In this document: one piece after another, positions 47,171-60,037 of the stretch | Position numbering within the stretch: the first letter of the stretch is position 1 | Layout: each line of letters opens with the position of its first letter | Origin: Felis catus | Taxonomy: Eukaryota | Direction of reading: 5' to 3' | Length of the DNA stretch: 64,000 nucleotides | NCBI RefSeq assembly: GCF_018350175.1 | Contig: NC_058369.1 | Location: 15,068,001-15,132,000 of the forward strand | The notes under the pieces: generated by a model | Database searches by the model: none | Told to the model about the DNA's origin: nothing | The model's input: only the letters and a program-made list of their open reading frames with translations | Program-made: the position numbers and the translations under genes

Positions 47171-48539
47171 GAGATGATACGAATAAAGTATTTGGGAGAG
47201 CCTTGGATCCAATTGGTGCTTAATCAGGTCTGTTCTCTTCCTGGTTCCTCATCATTTACCCACCAAGCATCTTTATTTCATTGTGCAGACAGTCTCGAAC
47301 TGATTTCTTTTGCCAGGTGTGCATTATTAAAGAAGCAAGGTGTTTATAGTCAAAACATGGTTATAATAAGGGCCAGGTAATTATCTCTCTGGGGGATTCA
47401 GCAAAGGAAGATTCCTTTCCAGAGTCGTCTTCTTATGTTTGGGCTTTCCAAACCAACTTTTCTGCAAGGGGGGAGTCTTCCCCTGGTGAGTTGAACGTCC
47501 ACCTCCTCTCCCAAAGAGCAGATCTAGGCCACGAGTCAGGGACGTAATCCACCCAGCATCCTGGCTTTGGTTTTTGGATCCAGGATCGCAGATTTCCTAG
47601 CCGGTCACCTGCTACCATCACAGGCTCAGGAAGGGACGTCTGGCAGTTTTGCTGTGGAGTGTCGGTTGGCGAGGCACACGGAAGCCTTGGAGGGCGGACT
47701 CTCAATTCCAGCCCTTTAGGAACACACCCCAGAGATCACCTTACTCCCTGGAGAAAAATGCCCTCTGCATCCCTTCTCAGGCAGATATGCCTTTCTCCTC
47801 TGGGGGTACCTGGGACCCCGAAGCTCCCCCCCTGGGCATCGACACCCTGATGATTTCTGCCGGGCCCCACGCCCTGCAGACACAGCCACTCCCCTCCTGC
47901 TCACATTCCTAATTCCCAGCGGCGAGCTGGGCCCAGAGCGGTGCTCACTGGGTATTTGTTGACCGGAATCAAAGCGAGGCAAGGCAAAACCTCTAGCACT
48001 CTTCCAACCCTGATATTCCATGATGAATTTTTAAAAAGTGCCTACCCAGTGAACCTCATTTTCAGAATCTAATTAAAGTCTAAAATAGATGTTGTGGAGT
48101 TCGAAATTTCACATTACAACTCAGATGTACCTACAAATGTGACTGCGAATTTTCTCTCGAAATGATTCATTCTGCTTTGAAGCTTCATTTCTTTTCACTT
48201 AAAATTGCCTTTAAAACTAACAGCCTCTGGAATAGGGAAGGGTTGCTTAAACATAACACAGAAAGCACTAAGCAGAAGGGGGAAATTGCATAAATTGGAC
48301 GGCACTAAAACGGAGAACTTTGGGTCATTAAAAGACGCCCTTTGCGGGGTGAAAAAGAAGCCACGGGCTAAGGGAGGACATTTGTACTACGTATATCCAA
48401 CAGAGGATTCAGAGTCCATAAAGAACTCACATACGTCAATAGAAAAAATTGACAGCTCGATAGAAAATAGACAAATGGCTTCCACTGGCACCTGACAAAA
48501 GAGAATATTCAAATATTCAGTAAGTACACAAAGGGGGAC

Positions 48540-48920
48540 TGGTCTTAGCTCCGGCTGCCATAGCAGACTGGGTGGCTTAAACAATAGGAACTTATTTGTC
48601 GCGGTTCTAGAGGCTGGGAAATACAAGATCAGGGCGCCGGCTGATTTGGTTTCTGGTACCAGGTCTTTTCCTGGCTTGTAGATGGCGATCTTGTTGCTGT
48701 GTCTTTACGCGGCAGAGGGGGGGAGAGAGAGGGAGAGGGAGAGGGGCCCTCTCTGGTGTCTCTTCTTCTAAGGACACACGAATGCCATTGCAACCAGGCC
48801 CCGTCCTGATGACCTCACGTAACCAACCTCGGTGACCTCCTTATGGGCCCTCTCTCCAAATACCGTCACGCTGAACGTCAAGGGACGTGTGCATCTGGAG
48901 GGAACGCAGTTCAGCCCCAT
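48540..48920 (-). mobile_element. MLT1A/B-type solo LTR
   Basis: gctgccatagcagactgggtggcttaaacaataggaacttattt…ttctagaggctgggaa…ctctccaaataccgtcac…gcagttcagccc. Confidence 0.8.
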
Positions 48921-49269
48921 TCAAGGCTCGACGGAGAACTCTAAGGAAACAGCAGCCTACATCCACCGGAATGGCTAAGGCAAAAGGCGACAATCCCGAG
49001 TGTTGGAGAGAACCTGGAGCATCAGCGTGTCTCCTGCCTTGCCCCCGGGAGGGCGAAGTTGGATAGCTCAGCAGAACTATTTGTCACTGTTTGCTGTAGC
49101 TGAACGTGCACAGACCATTTGGCCCAGAAATGCCACTCCTAGGCATATGGTGAACCATCATGGGTGCCTATGTTTGGGGAAATAAATGTACAAGAATGAT
49201 CATAGCAGCCCTGTTTGTAATCGCTGGAAACCAAAAACGGCCCACATGCCTTTAGTGGTTACAGCGACA

Positions 49270-49690
49270 CTATTGGGGGCTGATCCGTGCCCCCCACTCC
49301 CGCCCCCAATTCCTGTATGGAAGGTTCTAACTCCAGTAACTCAGAATGTGATTGTATTTAAAGAGAGGACCTTTAAAGAGACGGTTCCAATGAAAAGAGA
49401 CGGGTGGCATGGACCCCGTGCCAGTCTGCCTGGTGTCCTGGTGAGAGGAAATCTGGACACACAGAGATGCAGTCGTGTGGGCGCACAGAGAAAAGCCTGT
49501 GAGGACGGGGCGAGAAGGCGGCCATCTTGCAAGCTGACAGGAGAGGCCTCAGGAGAAACTGGCCGTGCGGGCACCTTGATCACCGTCATCCAGCCTCCAG
49601 AATAGATGGCTGTGGTTTAAGCCCCTCCCCACCCCCCAACCCTGGTCTGTGGTATTTTGTTACAGCAGCCTGAGCTGACTGGGACAGGCA
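49270..49690 (+). mobile_element. MLT1B/C-type solo LTR
   Basis: ctcagaatgtgattgtatttaaagagaggacctttaaagag…ggagaggcctcaggagaaac…cagcctccagaa…tgtggtattttgttacagcagcctgagctgact. Confidence 0.85.
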
Positions 49691-49898
49691 CACTCGCTTC
49701 ACTAGAAGACAACACACGGGCAATGGGAACGCAGGAGACGTGATGCGTCCAGCACCAGGTGAGATCCCACACACGCGATGGGCACCTCCCACGAACGTGA
49801 TGGTGGGCCAGGGGAGCCAATCACGAAAGAATACCAAGTACACCTTCTGTGGTATAAAGTTCAAAACTGGGCAGAACCAGTCTATGCGGTTTGAAGCT

Positions 49899-49963
49899 AT
49901 CATATATCATATCATATCATATCATATCATATCATATCATATCATATCATATCATACATATCA
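49899..49963. repeat. (ATATC/CATAT)n pentanucleotide microsatellite
   Basis: About 11-12 tandem units. Confidence 0.95.
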
Positions 49964-50519
49964 CACATTCGTATCCTACATACAAAAATGTGTACAACTG
50001 ACTTGGGGGTAAAGCCTGCAAGGGGAATTAGGGAGACACTGGGTGCGGGTAAGTCCTGATTCTTGATCTGGGTGCTGATTACATGGGTGTGTTTCCTTTA
50101 TCATGAAAATGCACCAAATTGCGCACCTATGATTTATGTCCTTTTCTGATCCTTGAATAAACACTTTACCAAAAGCTTTGTATACACTATGTCCTTCAGC
50201 CAATTTAGAGCACACGCTCCCAAATAAAGCCCTTTGTCCTCAGGAAGGCATCTTCCCTAGTGTTTTTCCTCTCGATATGAGAGCAGTTGAGGAGGGTTCT
50301 GTAGGGTTGTCCTTCTCTGCAGGCTCCCACTGGTCTGGGTTGAGGGACAGCTCATCTGACCCATCTTTGGGTATTGGCTCTTGGTACCGCATCCCTGCTC
50401 AATTGTCTGTGGCTTGTGTCACCTGTAGTCTGTTTTCTCAACATGGGCAACACCCTGGAATTTCTTCCGGAGAGATGGGTTCAGCCCCACCAGCATGTGG
50501 TGTCCCTAGAGTCACGCAG

Positions 50520-50997
50520 TGCATAACCTACACAATGGTCCATGGCAGCCCTGATCCTCATCTCACTTCCCGGGGGTCCTGTGGAGCCTGTGAGACCTAG
50601 ACATGCTCTCCATTTGCCCCCACCTCACCTCTGCCTTCGCCTACTGTTACCGCTGGGCCTGCTTCCCCCTTCTCTATGCCTCACAGAGACTTGAAGGTAG
50701 GCATTCCCTGGATGTCTTCTGGAACGGGCAGGTGTGGGGGGAGCCAGGATGAGGAGGACGATGGCTGTGAAGTTGGTTCCGTCCTTCTGGGGGAAGCCAA
50801 GGGGCTGAGAACAGCAGGGGTAAGGGACAGAGGGACAGAGGGAGAGAGTCATGAGTCTTAGCTCCTGTTTCCCCTGAGGCCTGGCAGGTCCCACCTCCTG
50901 GGCCTGAATTACTTAATCCAGAAAATCCCCCTTTTGGCCCAGGCTGGTTTGAAATAGCTTTATGCCCTCAACAATCAAAAAAGTCCTGACTCATACA
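50520..50997 (+). mobile_element. ERVL-class LTR remnant (LTR16/33-like)
   Basis: Terminus aaatcccccttttggcccaggctggtttgaaa…caatcaaaaaagtcctgactcataca. Confidence 0.5.
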
Positions 50998-52169
50998 TCC
51001 ATTAGTGTTTTTTTCCCCCCAAAAAAGCAGACTTCCTCCAAAGGTGAATTCAGACGTCTGGCTCCAGGAATGCAGAAGCATTTGTTCAAGATTTAACAGA
51101 GTGAGTCGGGTTGGGCCACCTCTTTGCCCACTTCCCTTCTGACCATCCAGGTCAGGGGTTAAGCCAGGCTCAGCCTCAGCCCGAGTTCCCCGATCCACAA
51201 ATGTTAAGACAGGGAATCCAGCTGGTGTTCAACGAATATGCGTTGGCTCAATGAACAGCTCGAATGAACGTGACATAGAAATACCGGGAAATCTACTCAC
51301 CGACCCAGGATTTATCGTCTTAGGCGCTGCTTGATCTTACGGTGATGATGAAGCGTTTCTGGGAATATGGGGCTGACAAAAATTCAGGCATTGGTGGGAA
51401 TGTGGATTAAACCGTTTTGACGGCAGAGGCAGATCTAGTTTGCAATATTTCCCCATGGTTACAGCTGTGGATCTTGATGACCTGACTGTTGGCAGAAGCG
51501 CAGTCTTTCCAAGAGCCGCTGCGAGAGTCTTTTCGGGAAGGCCGTGTCAAGAAGCCACAAGGACGTGCCACCACAGGAAGTGACGTGCCCCGTGGAAACA
51601 TGCAACAGACATCAGTGGAGGAAGTCACGTCTCTGGAGTGATGACGGTTATGGGAACACGTGGAGATGGTTCTAGAAAGCAGGAGGCAACTCTGCCTGCC
51701 TCCAGAGACAGGTAAGGCTTCCCAGGTCCCCCAAGTCCCCGCAAGGACAGCCTTAAAAGACAAGGCTCTGCTGGGCACAAGGTGCCCACTGCCATTCTCA
51801 TGGGAGGGGTGAGTGGGTTTATGTCTCCTGTATACTCCCTCTGCAACCCCAAATGTTTTGAAGGCTCTGGTTACACGCCTGTCCACTCAGCAGGTGCATG
51901 GGGTAGTAGGAAACGACTTAGCACACGAGTATTCCCCCTGAAAATGGGTGAGGGCCTACTCCCAGGAATATCCACTCTTGCAAAGGGTATCCGTTCAACT
52001 TGGAGGGCTATGGATTGCTAAATTAGATCCCAAACGGCTTTCACAGATTTATGCTCTCACCAAATGCGATGCAGCACATTCTCACTGGCGTTAGATATGA
52101 AGATTTTAACACTTTTCCTTATTTGATAGGTACAGAGTGATATTTATTGTTGGTTCGTGTCTGTATTTC

Positions 52170-52395
52170 TATTTTTATTTAAAAAATTTTTTAATGTTTA
52201 TTTAGTTTTGAGAGGGAGACAGAGCATGAGCAGGGGAGGGGCAGAGAGAGAGAGAGGGAGACACAGAATCCGAAGCAGGCTCCAGGCTCCGAGCTGTCAG
52301 CACAGAGCCCGACGCGGGGCTCGAACTCACAACCTGTGAGATCATGGCCCGAGCCGAAGTCGGACGCTTAACCGACTGAGCCTCCCAGGTGCCCC
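52170..52395 (-). mobile_element. CanSINE
   Basis: Reverse-complement SINE; TSD ctgtatttct(a/g)ttttta. Confidence 0.93.
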
Positions 52396-54578
52396 TGTAT
52401 TTCTGTTTTTAAATAATGCAGTGGGTAATGTTTTGAACATCACCTACTATATATTCATTTCTCCATAATCCGTTCTTTCTCTTCTTACAGGCTTGTGCCA
52501 ATCAGCATGGGCCAGGAGGCAGAGGCAAGACTCTCCAAGGCAGAGGAAGGTGGCTACAGTGTGAATCAAAGAGGCCATTTCTCTGCTCTGAGTTTGGAAG
52601 CAGTCTTAACATCTCATACAAGACGCTGGTCTTGCAAGTCAGACTTTTCAGAGAGAGAAAGGGTTTTCTTAAAACTCCCAAGGCTGGAGTTTTCACACAT
52701 CAAAAGATCAAAGCTCAGAAAAGTTGGGCGATCGTTTGGTGAATCATAGAGGAGGGCAGAATGCAGATAGGACAAAAGGGAAGTTTCTACCTCACAGGAA
52801 GAAGAACAGGTATCTTGTGACTTGGGGAAAGAAATGAGAAATCGGGCAAGAAAAGGCAAGCGGGGTCAAGTTCTGAGTGTGCTGGTTCCCCCCACTCTAC
52901 CCATTGGGATCAAACCCCAGTAGGGAAGGGAAGGTAGAAACACCCAGTAGTTTTAAGCACTCTGAGAACATCAGGGCTTGTGCCCCCCAGTCCCTGAGTG
53001 TAGCCTAAGGAGTCTTCTCTTTCAGAGGAGCCCTGGGGTCAGCCTGACATTGAATCCATCATGGCGCCCAAGTCATGGAGTAGAAATGGTTGAGAGAGGT
53101 GCTTGGAATGCTGGGTGTGAGATTAGAATCCCTGGTTCATGACATACGGTCCGGCACGAAATGTGGAGGAGGTCCAGAAGTTCCTGTGTGCCACAGGAAG
53201 ACCCAAAAAGTAGCTGGGGTGCTACCTGGTGAGTTCACTAGGTTGTCACCATGGCAAATGGCAGAGTGACCAAAGCTGAAGGATGGACTTCTCAAACTGG
53301 GGATCAAATGGGGATCAGGCCTCGGGGAAGCAGGAGCCTCAGGGAGAACCAGGTAAGACCACGGCAGCCGGCCAGAGCCTCCAACCTGCAAGCATCATAT
53401 AACTGAGTCAGAAGATCTGAAAATAAGGAACTTTCCCTTGCAAGAAGTCGCCATCTTGGAATGGCGAAAGGAAAAACTTTGTAGTTATGGAGAAACCCAA
53501 AGATGAAGTAATTATCCAAAAGGAGATATCCACCAGGAGGCTCTGAGATACCATAATGGCAAGAACAAGAATCTTTTGCCTGCGGTGATATGGGGCCTCT
53601 GGAGCTGATTTGGATTTTGTTGGCAGTCACATTACGTGCACTTGGGCAAACTCTACCTCCACAGATACTCATGACTTCTTTAGTAAGATACTTCATTTTT
53701 TTTCCAGTTGTAATGGTGATAGGGTCCTATTCTAGAGAGTTTGGGGAACAACACTGTAAAGAAGAAGGAAATAAATGTCAACCCGTCATGTCACAGAACA
53801 GAGATAACCACTGCTACCATCGTGGTTTATTTCCTTCCTGTCGGTTTCTATGTGTGTTGTGTGTGTGCGTTATTGTGACTGCACATTTGTACATCTTGTA
53901 TGTGGACAGGATTCTTTAACGCATGAGGCGCTTTCGCTTGTGGGAAGGAATGCCCACCACTTTGTTACTTTATTATCTTCAAACCATGAACAATTCCAAA
54001 TGTCCGCAGTAGTCATTACCACTGAAATGGAAATGTAAGAAATTAACAAATTTGATTTCCCCCAATGCTTAAACATTGAAGTATGACCAATTACACTTCC
54101 CTAGACATTTGATGACAAATCTCCAATACGTCAAATGAGCTCATGTGCTTTTAAGTGCCTTAAAATGGGGACAGAACATGACCACAATTTGACAAGGATT
54201 TCTGTATGGAACGGTGCTTATACTCACACACTTAACAAAGGTGCCAAGACCGTGGATTTATAGCCTCTCTTCATCATCATCTTCTTCCCGTGTTTATCTC
54301 TCCCCAGGGGCACAACTTTCCTTCCCTCAGCCTACAGAGCTGGGTGACTGTGATGGGACAAAGGACAACGGGTCAGGAACTTTTCAGATTACTGATGCCG
54401 ACAGCTCTGTTATGGTTTGATTTATTGTAGACCTTGTCTTTGCCCCCAGAATGACACTTGCTCTGGTATGTTTCACTCCCTAGCCTGACCTGTTATGATC
54501 CTGTTTTGCAATTGTCCAGGGGAAGGGTGGTTGGTAGGGGGTGTTGCTGGCCTGATTTAGATAAAAATCTGTCACACT

Positions 54579-54810
54579 GGGAGCGCCTGGGTGGCTCAGT
54601 CGGTTGGGCGACCGACTCCGGCTCCGGTCATGATCCAACAGGTCGTGAGTTTGAGCCCCGCGTCAGGGTCTGTGCTGAAAGCTCAGAGCCTAGAGCCTGC
54701 ATCGGATTCTGTGTCCCCCCTCTCTCTCTGCCCCTCCCCTGCTCATGCTCTGTCTCGTACTGTTTCTAATAAATAAATAAATGGTAAAAAATAAAAAATT
54801 AAAAAAAACC
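54579..54810 (+). mobile_element. CanSINE
   Basis: TSD aaaa(t/c)ctgtca(c/t)actg. Confidence 0.92.
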
Positions 54811-55465
54811 TGTCATACTGAAACTACAGTTTCTCATTCTCATTGACTATTTGACATATAATATTGACATTCTTGTTTTTTTCTCCTAATATCGTTTCAT
54901 AATTTTAATGGCTGCATATCATCTGCCAGGATGGATGTGCCATCATTTAGTTAACCCGTTTCCTTAACTGTTGAGCATTTACATTGAACTCAGTTTGGTT
55001 TTCATTAAACTCATCTCCCTTTGAACAATGCTTGCTCGTGAATCTCAGCGCACCTTTCTGGTTTCTTGGGTTAAACTCATAGAAGGGAACCTCCGTGGTC
55101 GATGGTTACGAAGATATTCAAGGCTTTTGTAATGTAATGCCAAATTGCCTTCTAGAACAGCGCTGTAGGCCTCATTGTCGCGTGTGGGTCCCACACAGAA
55201 TAGGAGAAGGCATTGCCATCTTCCTCGGAGCCAGGGGAATAAAGACACAGAGCAGGCTGAGGGGAGAGTTACTCCTGAAGGTTCTGGGGAAGGGCGGTCC
55301 ATGCCAAGGTTCCAGATATCACCCGCATCACTCACATACGGTAAGGACAAATCTCGATCCAGCTTGACAAGGCCAGGCATCCTTAAGGGACAGTGGGAAA
55401 AAATATTTGGAATCAGGACTGTTCCAGAAAAGCTGGAACATACTATCATTGGCTCTTCATACCTC

Positions 55466-56250
55466 CATTGTCCAATATGGCGGCCACTAGTCACACGTGG
55501 CTATTGAGCTAGTGTGACTAAGGAATGGAATTTTAAATCTATTTTTTCAATTTTAGTTAACTTAAAAACGGATTTTTTAAAAGATTTTATTTTTATGCAA
55601 TCTCTACACCCAACGTGGGGCTCGAACTCACAACCCCTAAGCAATCTCTACACCCGATTTGGGACCAAGAATTCACAGCCCTGAGATTAAGAGTCCCATG
55701 CTCTACTGACTGAACCAGCCAGGAGCCCCTAAAAATCGATATTTGATTCAGTTATTGAAAACCTTTTAGGTGTGTTTGGAACAACCCCAGTATGCGAATC
55801 TGTTTTTTAAACCAATTTTGTGAACCGTAACTAAATACCGATCAATATTTCCAAAGAAAACTTAACATTCAAACTGGGATGTGCCGAAGTATAGAATATA
55901 CACTGCATTTCAAAGACTCAATATGAAAAAAAGAATATAAGCTACCCAATTAGTAAATACTTTGTATATAATTATTTTTATTTTTTGTTAATGTTTATTT
56001 TTGAGAGAGAGAGAGACAGAGAGAGACAGAGCGCAAGCAGGGGAGAGGCAGAGACAGAGGGAGACACAGAATCTGAAGCAGGCTCCGGGCTCTGAGCTGT
56101 CAGCACAGGGCCTGACGCGGGGCTCGAACTCACAAAGCGTGAGATCGTGACCTGAGCCGAATTTGGACGCTTAGCTGACTGAGCCACTCAGGTGCCCCTA
56201 GAAACTTAAAATCACACTTGTGGTGTGGATTATATTTCCACTGGACAGCT
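55466..56250. mobile_element. hAT-Charlie (Charlie1a/MER33-like) element interrupted by SINEs (55575-55729, 55975-56198)
   Basis: Left end tgtccaatatggcggccactagtcacacgtggctattgagc; internal tatacactgcatttcaaagactcaatatgaaaaaaagaat; right end tatatttccactggacagc. Confidence 0.75.
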
Positions 56251-56409
56251 CTTATCCAGACTCTTTTATATGTAGGGACTTGATATTTAGAAAAGTCTTA
56301 ATCTTGGGGCCAGCAAGAGGGTCTAAACCCTTAGGCATCTTAAACTTTGCATTCAGTTAATTTTCCCTCTTTGCTTTGGCTGCTGGGAAGCTCAGTGCCA
56401 AAACTGCAA

Positions 56410-56616
56410 TTTTTTACAAATGTTTATTTATTTTTGAGAGAGAGAAAGAGAGCATGTGCGAGTGGGGGAGGGGCAGAGAGAGAGGGAGACAGAGGATCCC
56501 AAGCGGGCTCTGAGCTGTCAGCACAGAGCCCAACTCGGGGCTCAAACTCATGAACCATGAGATCATGACCTGAGCCGGAGTCAAATGCATCACCAACTGA
56601 GCCACCCAGGTGCCCC
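56410..56616 (-). mobile_element. CanSINE
   Basis: Reverse-complement SINE. Confidence 0.92.
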
Positions 56617-56788
56617 GTGTTGCAATCTTTGTCTAGCAATACCTTAATATACTAAGTTTCCTTCTGGATATATTTACTGTTGACCCTTTTTTCTCGTTTG
56701 CCTCAATTCCAACAATTCATCATTTTCATTTCTTTGTATTGTCCGTAATTTTGAATCCTTTATGGAATAAGACAGGTTCACAGGACAA

Positions 56789-57215
56789 TGTTGATACTCT
56801 CTGCCCAGATCCTTCCGGTCCCCTTTTACTGGTGTGTGTGTGGTGTGTGTGTGTGTGTGTCCCTATTGCCACTTCCAACAGCCAATCCCTATGCCTTTTC
56901 TTTGGACACCCAGTCTTGGGCTATTAGGGGAGGTATTGCCTGAGAATTCACACCCCTCTGGGGTGACCCTGAACCAGTGACTTGTGGGGTGTGAGAAGGC
57001 ACAGGTCTTGTGTAGGTGCACTGAGGGTGCGCTGTGGGAGGGGGTTCCGAGGGGCCACTTGCACTGTCCAGGATGGGACCACCCTGAAGCCACCCTCCAC
57101 GGGATTCTGCCTGAGATGGCACCCCGGCAGGGGCTTCCCTGAGGGCACATCCCTCATAAATCACTTACCCGCTAAGCTCATCTCAACGTCTGTTCGGGGA
57201 GCCTGACCTAAGACA
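56789..57215 (+). mobile_element. LTR16-type ERVL LTR
   Basis: tgttgatactctctgcccagatcc…gggaccaccctgaagccaccctccacggga…ataaatcactt…tctgttcggggagcctgacctaagaca terminus. Confidence 0.7.
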
Positions 57216-57736
57216 GCCAGTGATACGTTTTTAAATGTTAAAATACATTTGAAAAAATACCAGGCTCTGTTGGTTTGAGGGATTTGAGTTGGTTTGCACA
57301 GCTAATTAAGTAAAAAATAAAGCCAGGCTCATTTTCCTTGGCACATCAGCTGGGCGCTGGAACTTGAACAGCAGGGAAACAGGGGTGGGGGTCCCTGTAA
57401 GTCACGGATGGTCACTTCCTCGGGGGCTGGAACCATCTCAGACAATGGAGAACGGGCTTCCCATGCTTCCCCGCTGCTCCTCCCAGCAAACAGGTGAGAC
57501 CAGAGGCTGGAAGGGGGGCGGCTCGACCGAAATCACTGTGCTGCCCACCCTCCAGGTCCACCACAGGCCAAGGGGAAGGAGGAAGCGGGGTGGGGGTGCC
57601 TGTGTCCCACCGTGCAGGGCGTTGGATGGAGATGGGGTTTGGTGCTGACCCGCGTGACCACAGAGAGGCTGCCTAGAACACTGCCCCATCCTGACAGCTT
57701 CAGAGAGAAACGCACTCTGCCCTCCAGTGCTAACAG

Positions 57737-57737
<1 letters not shown>

Positions 57738-57780
<43 letters not shown>
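57738..57780. repeat. (TG)21 microsatellite
   Basis: Perfect run. Confidence 0.97.
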
Positions 57781-57783
<3 letters not shown>

Positions 57784-57951
57784 CATGCGTGGGCAAGTGC
57801 ACGCTCTTCTCAAACAGCTCAGAAGCCCTGGGAGTTCTGAGAGACCTACTTCAGGTCCTGCCTTCTGTGCAAAGGCAGAAGGGGGACACGTTGGTGAGAT
57901 CTCATCACCACCCCTGGCATCTGGATTCTCCGGGTGCTAGACTCCTGGGCA

Positions 57952-57970
57952 GGGCGCCCCCTGGTGGTGG
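57952..57970 (-). promoter_or_regulatory. CTCF binding motif
   Basis: Minus strand CCA-CCACCAGGGGGCGC-CC; the 14-bp core (57954-57967) is identical to the canonical CTCF consensus core. Confidence 0.75.
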
Positions 57971-58779
57971 GTGCTCTACGCGTTGGGAGCTCTCTCTCCT
58001 CCCCTTCACTTTTGCACAGCTGGTGTCAGGGAGGTGGGGGCTAAAAGGGTTGGGGGGCCTTGGGGGCTGGACATTTACCCTCTGCAGCCCCAGACTTCCC
58101 AGGCAAGCCACCGCCTTGGGCTCAGGTGCTGGCTTGCTGTGATTGAGGGCTTGGCTGGGGGCACCGGAGCCAGATGCTAGAATTCAAGCCCCAGCGTCAC
58201 CACCTTGGGACCCAAGACAAGTTACTAAATGTCTCTAAACCTCAACTTCCTACCTGTAAAGGGAAACCAAAGGATCTGCCTCCCTGGGTTCTTTGTCAAG
58301 AGTCAATGGGATGATGCGTTAACTGAGTTTGGGCTCCCCAAAGCAGATCCCAAGAGACTCAGATGTAAGGAGTCTATTTGGGAGGGAATCTCAGTAAATA
58401 CCGCTTAAGGAGAGAGCAGGAGTGGCGTATCCAGCTCGTGTGTGCCGCCACTGGGGCACCGGGCGCTCCGTCCTTCTCAGCATGACGTGGCCTGGAGGGA
58501 GCTGGGCGTTTGTCTGTCTGCAACGAGTCCCAGCCGTCTCTGCTTAGAGCTACTCCTGGGGAACCTTAATTCCTCAGCGCCTCCGGCTTATCTGCTGCAC
58601 GGACACAAGATAGATTCAGAAATGACAGCATTTGGAAGTTGGGCCAACACGCATGGAGAAGTGCTGCGGGTGGGGGGGACCGCCAAAATCTTCTACTTGC
58701 ATATTTTTATGTCCTCAGAACAGAGTGGGGCACTAGTAACATCTCAATAAACAGTCGCCGTTAATAATAGTACACATCA

Positions 58780-58985
58780 GGGGGCGCCTGGGTGGCTCAG
58801 TCTGTTACGCGTCCGACTCTTGGTTTGGGCTCAGGTCATGATCTCACGGTTCGTAAGTTCGAGCCCCGCATCGGGCTCTGTGCTGACAGCGCGGAGCCTG
58901 TTTGGGATTCTCTCTCTCCCTCTCTCCCTGCCCCTCCCCTGCTGGTGCTCTCACTCTCTCAAAATAAATAAACGTAAAAAACAAT
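58780..58985 (+). mobile_element. CanSINE
   Basis: TSD aataa(t/g)agtac(ac/gt)atcag. Confidence 0.93.
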
Positions 58986-60037
58986 AAGAGTACGTATCAG
59001 AGGTCCAGTCGTGGCCCCTTTCTCCACAAAATGCAACGTGGTTGATAAACCAGAAGGGGCAACAGGTACACTGTGTGCTGTGGGGACGGCTAGGTGCCAG
59101 AGACCCTACGAGCAGGTGTTCGATGTCTCCCATTTTATAGACAAGGAAACCGAGGCTCCCAGGGTGTGGGATGCTAGTCTAAGGTCAGGGGTCAGGTGAT
59201 ACCAGCCTTGGTCTCCGGTGGGCGGGTACTGCTGGCCCCTGCTAGTGCCAGGATCGGAGAGAGTTTTCATCCTGTGCCTGAATGAATACGCTTTCTCTCT
59301 GAGCCCAGCCGTGACTGTGCAGAAATTTGTTTCCATCTGTGAAATGTCAAGGCTGAATCCTTTTTGTTCTGCCCTGGGTCTGCACCGGTAAAGGACTCCG
59401 CCCAAGCCCCACAGCTGCCTCTAGCCCCCAAGACTCTTTGGGAGTCTCTTGGAATCATAACAAAGTAACAAAAGGAATGATTCTCTTGGGGGGGGGGGGA
59501 GAGCCAGGGAATAGGTTTAGCATTCTTTTTTCCTGCACCACTCAGACCCGGGAGGAGAGAAGAGAAGAGGGAAATCGTGGAAACAGGAGAAGGTTTCCTT
59601 CCCACTCTCACTCGCTCACGGTGGTGCCTACACTGAACTTGGGAGCTGGCTTGCCCACGGGGCAAGAAGGAGCCGGAATCCCAGCGGCCCATTGTCTGCA
59701 TCACGGTCAGGAAAGGGTCTCTCCTCTCTGAAAGCTACAACCCCTTGTCAGTGCTGGGGACAGCAAGAGGAACCCCGGGTCCCTGCCCTGCTGTATTCTT
59801 ACCTGTGGGTACAAATTTGTGCCTGTCGGGGTGGGTGGGTGAGGCTGTCACCGGGGAGCGGGATTCTGTAGCACTCTGCTAGGCGGAGGACAAACTCATC
59901 TTTTATGACCGTGTCATCCCCAGTGCCTCCAGAGTGAGCCAGACAGACTCCAGGCAGCAGGAGAGAGGGTGCTTTCGAAAGGTCAGGGACGACCGCTCTG
60001 GGTTATTTTCAAACACCAGCGATAATAGACCCCACTC

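Larger units (their letters stand above)
48225..50165 (+). mobile_element. Ancient L1M ORF2/3' remnant hosting two MLT1 LTRs and a (CATAT)n repeat
   Basis: L1-like text at 48230-48530, 48940-49250 and 49730-50165, interrupted by the LTRs listed below. Confidence 0.6.
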
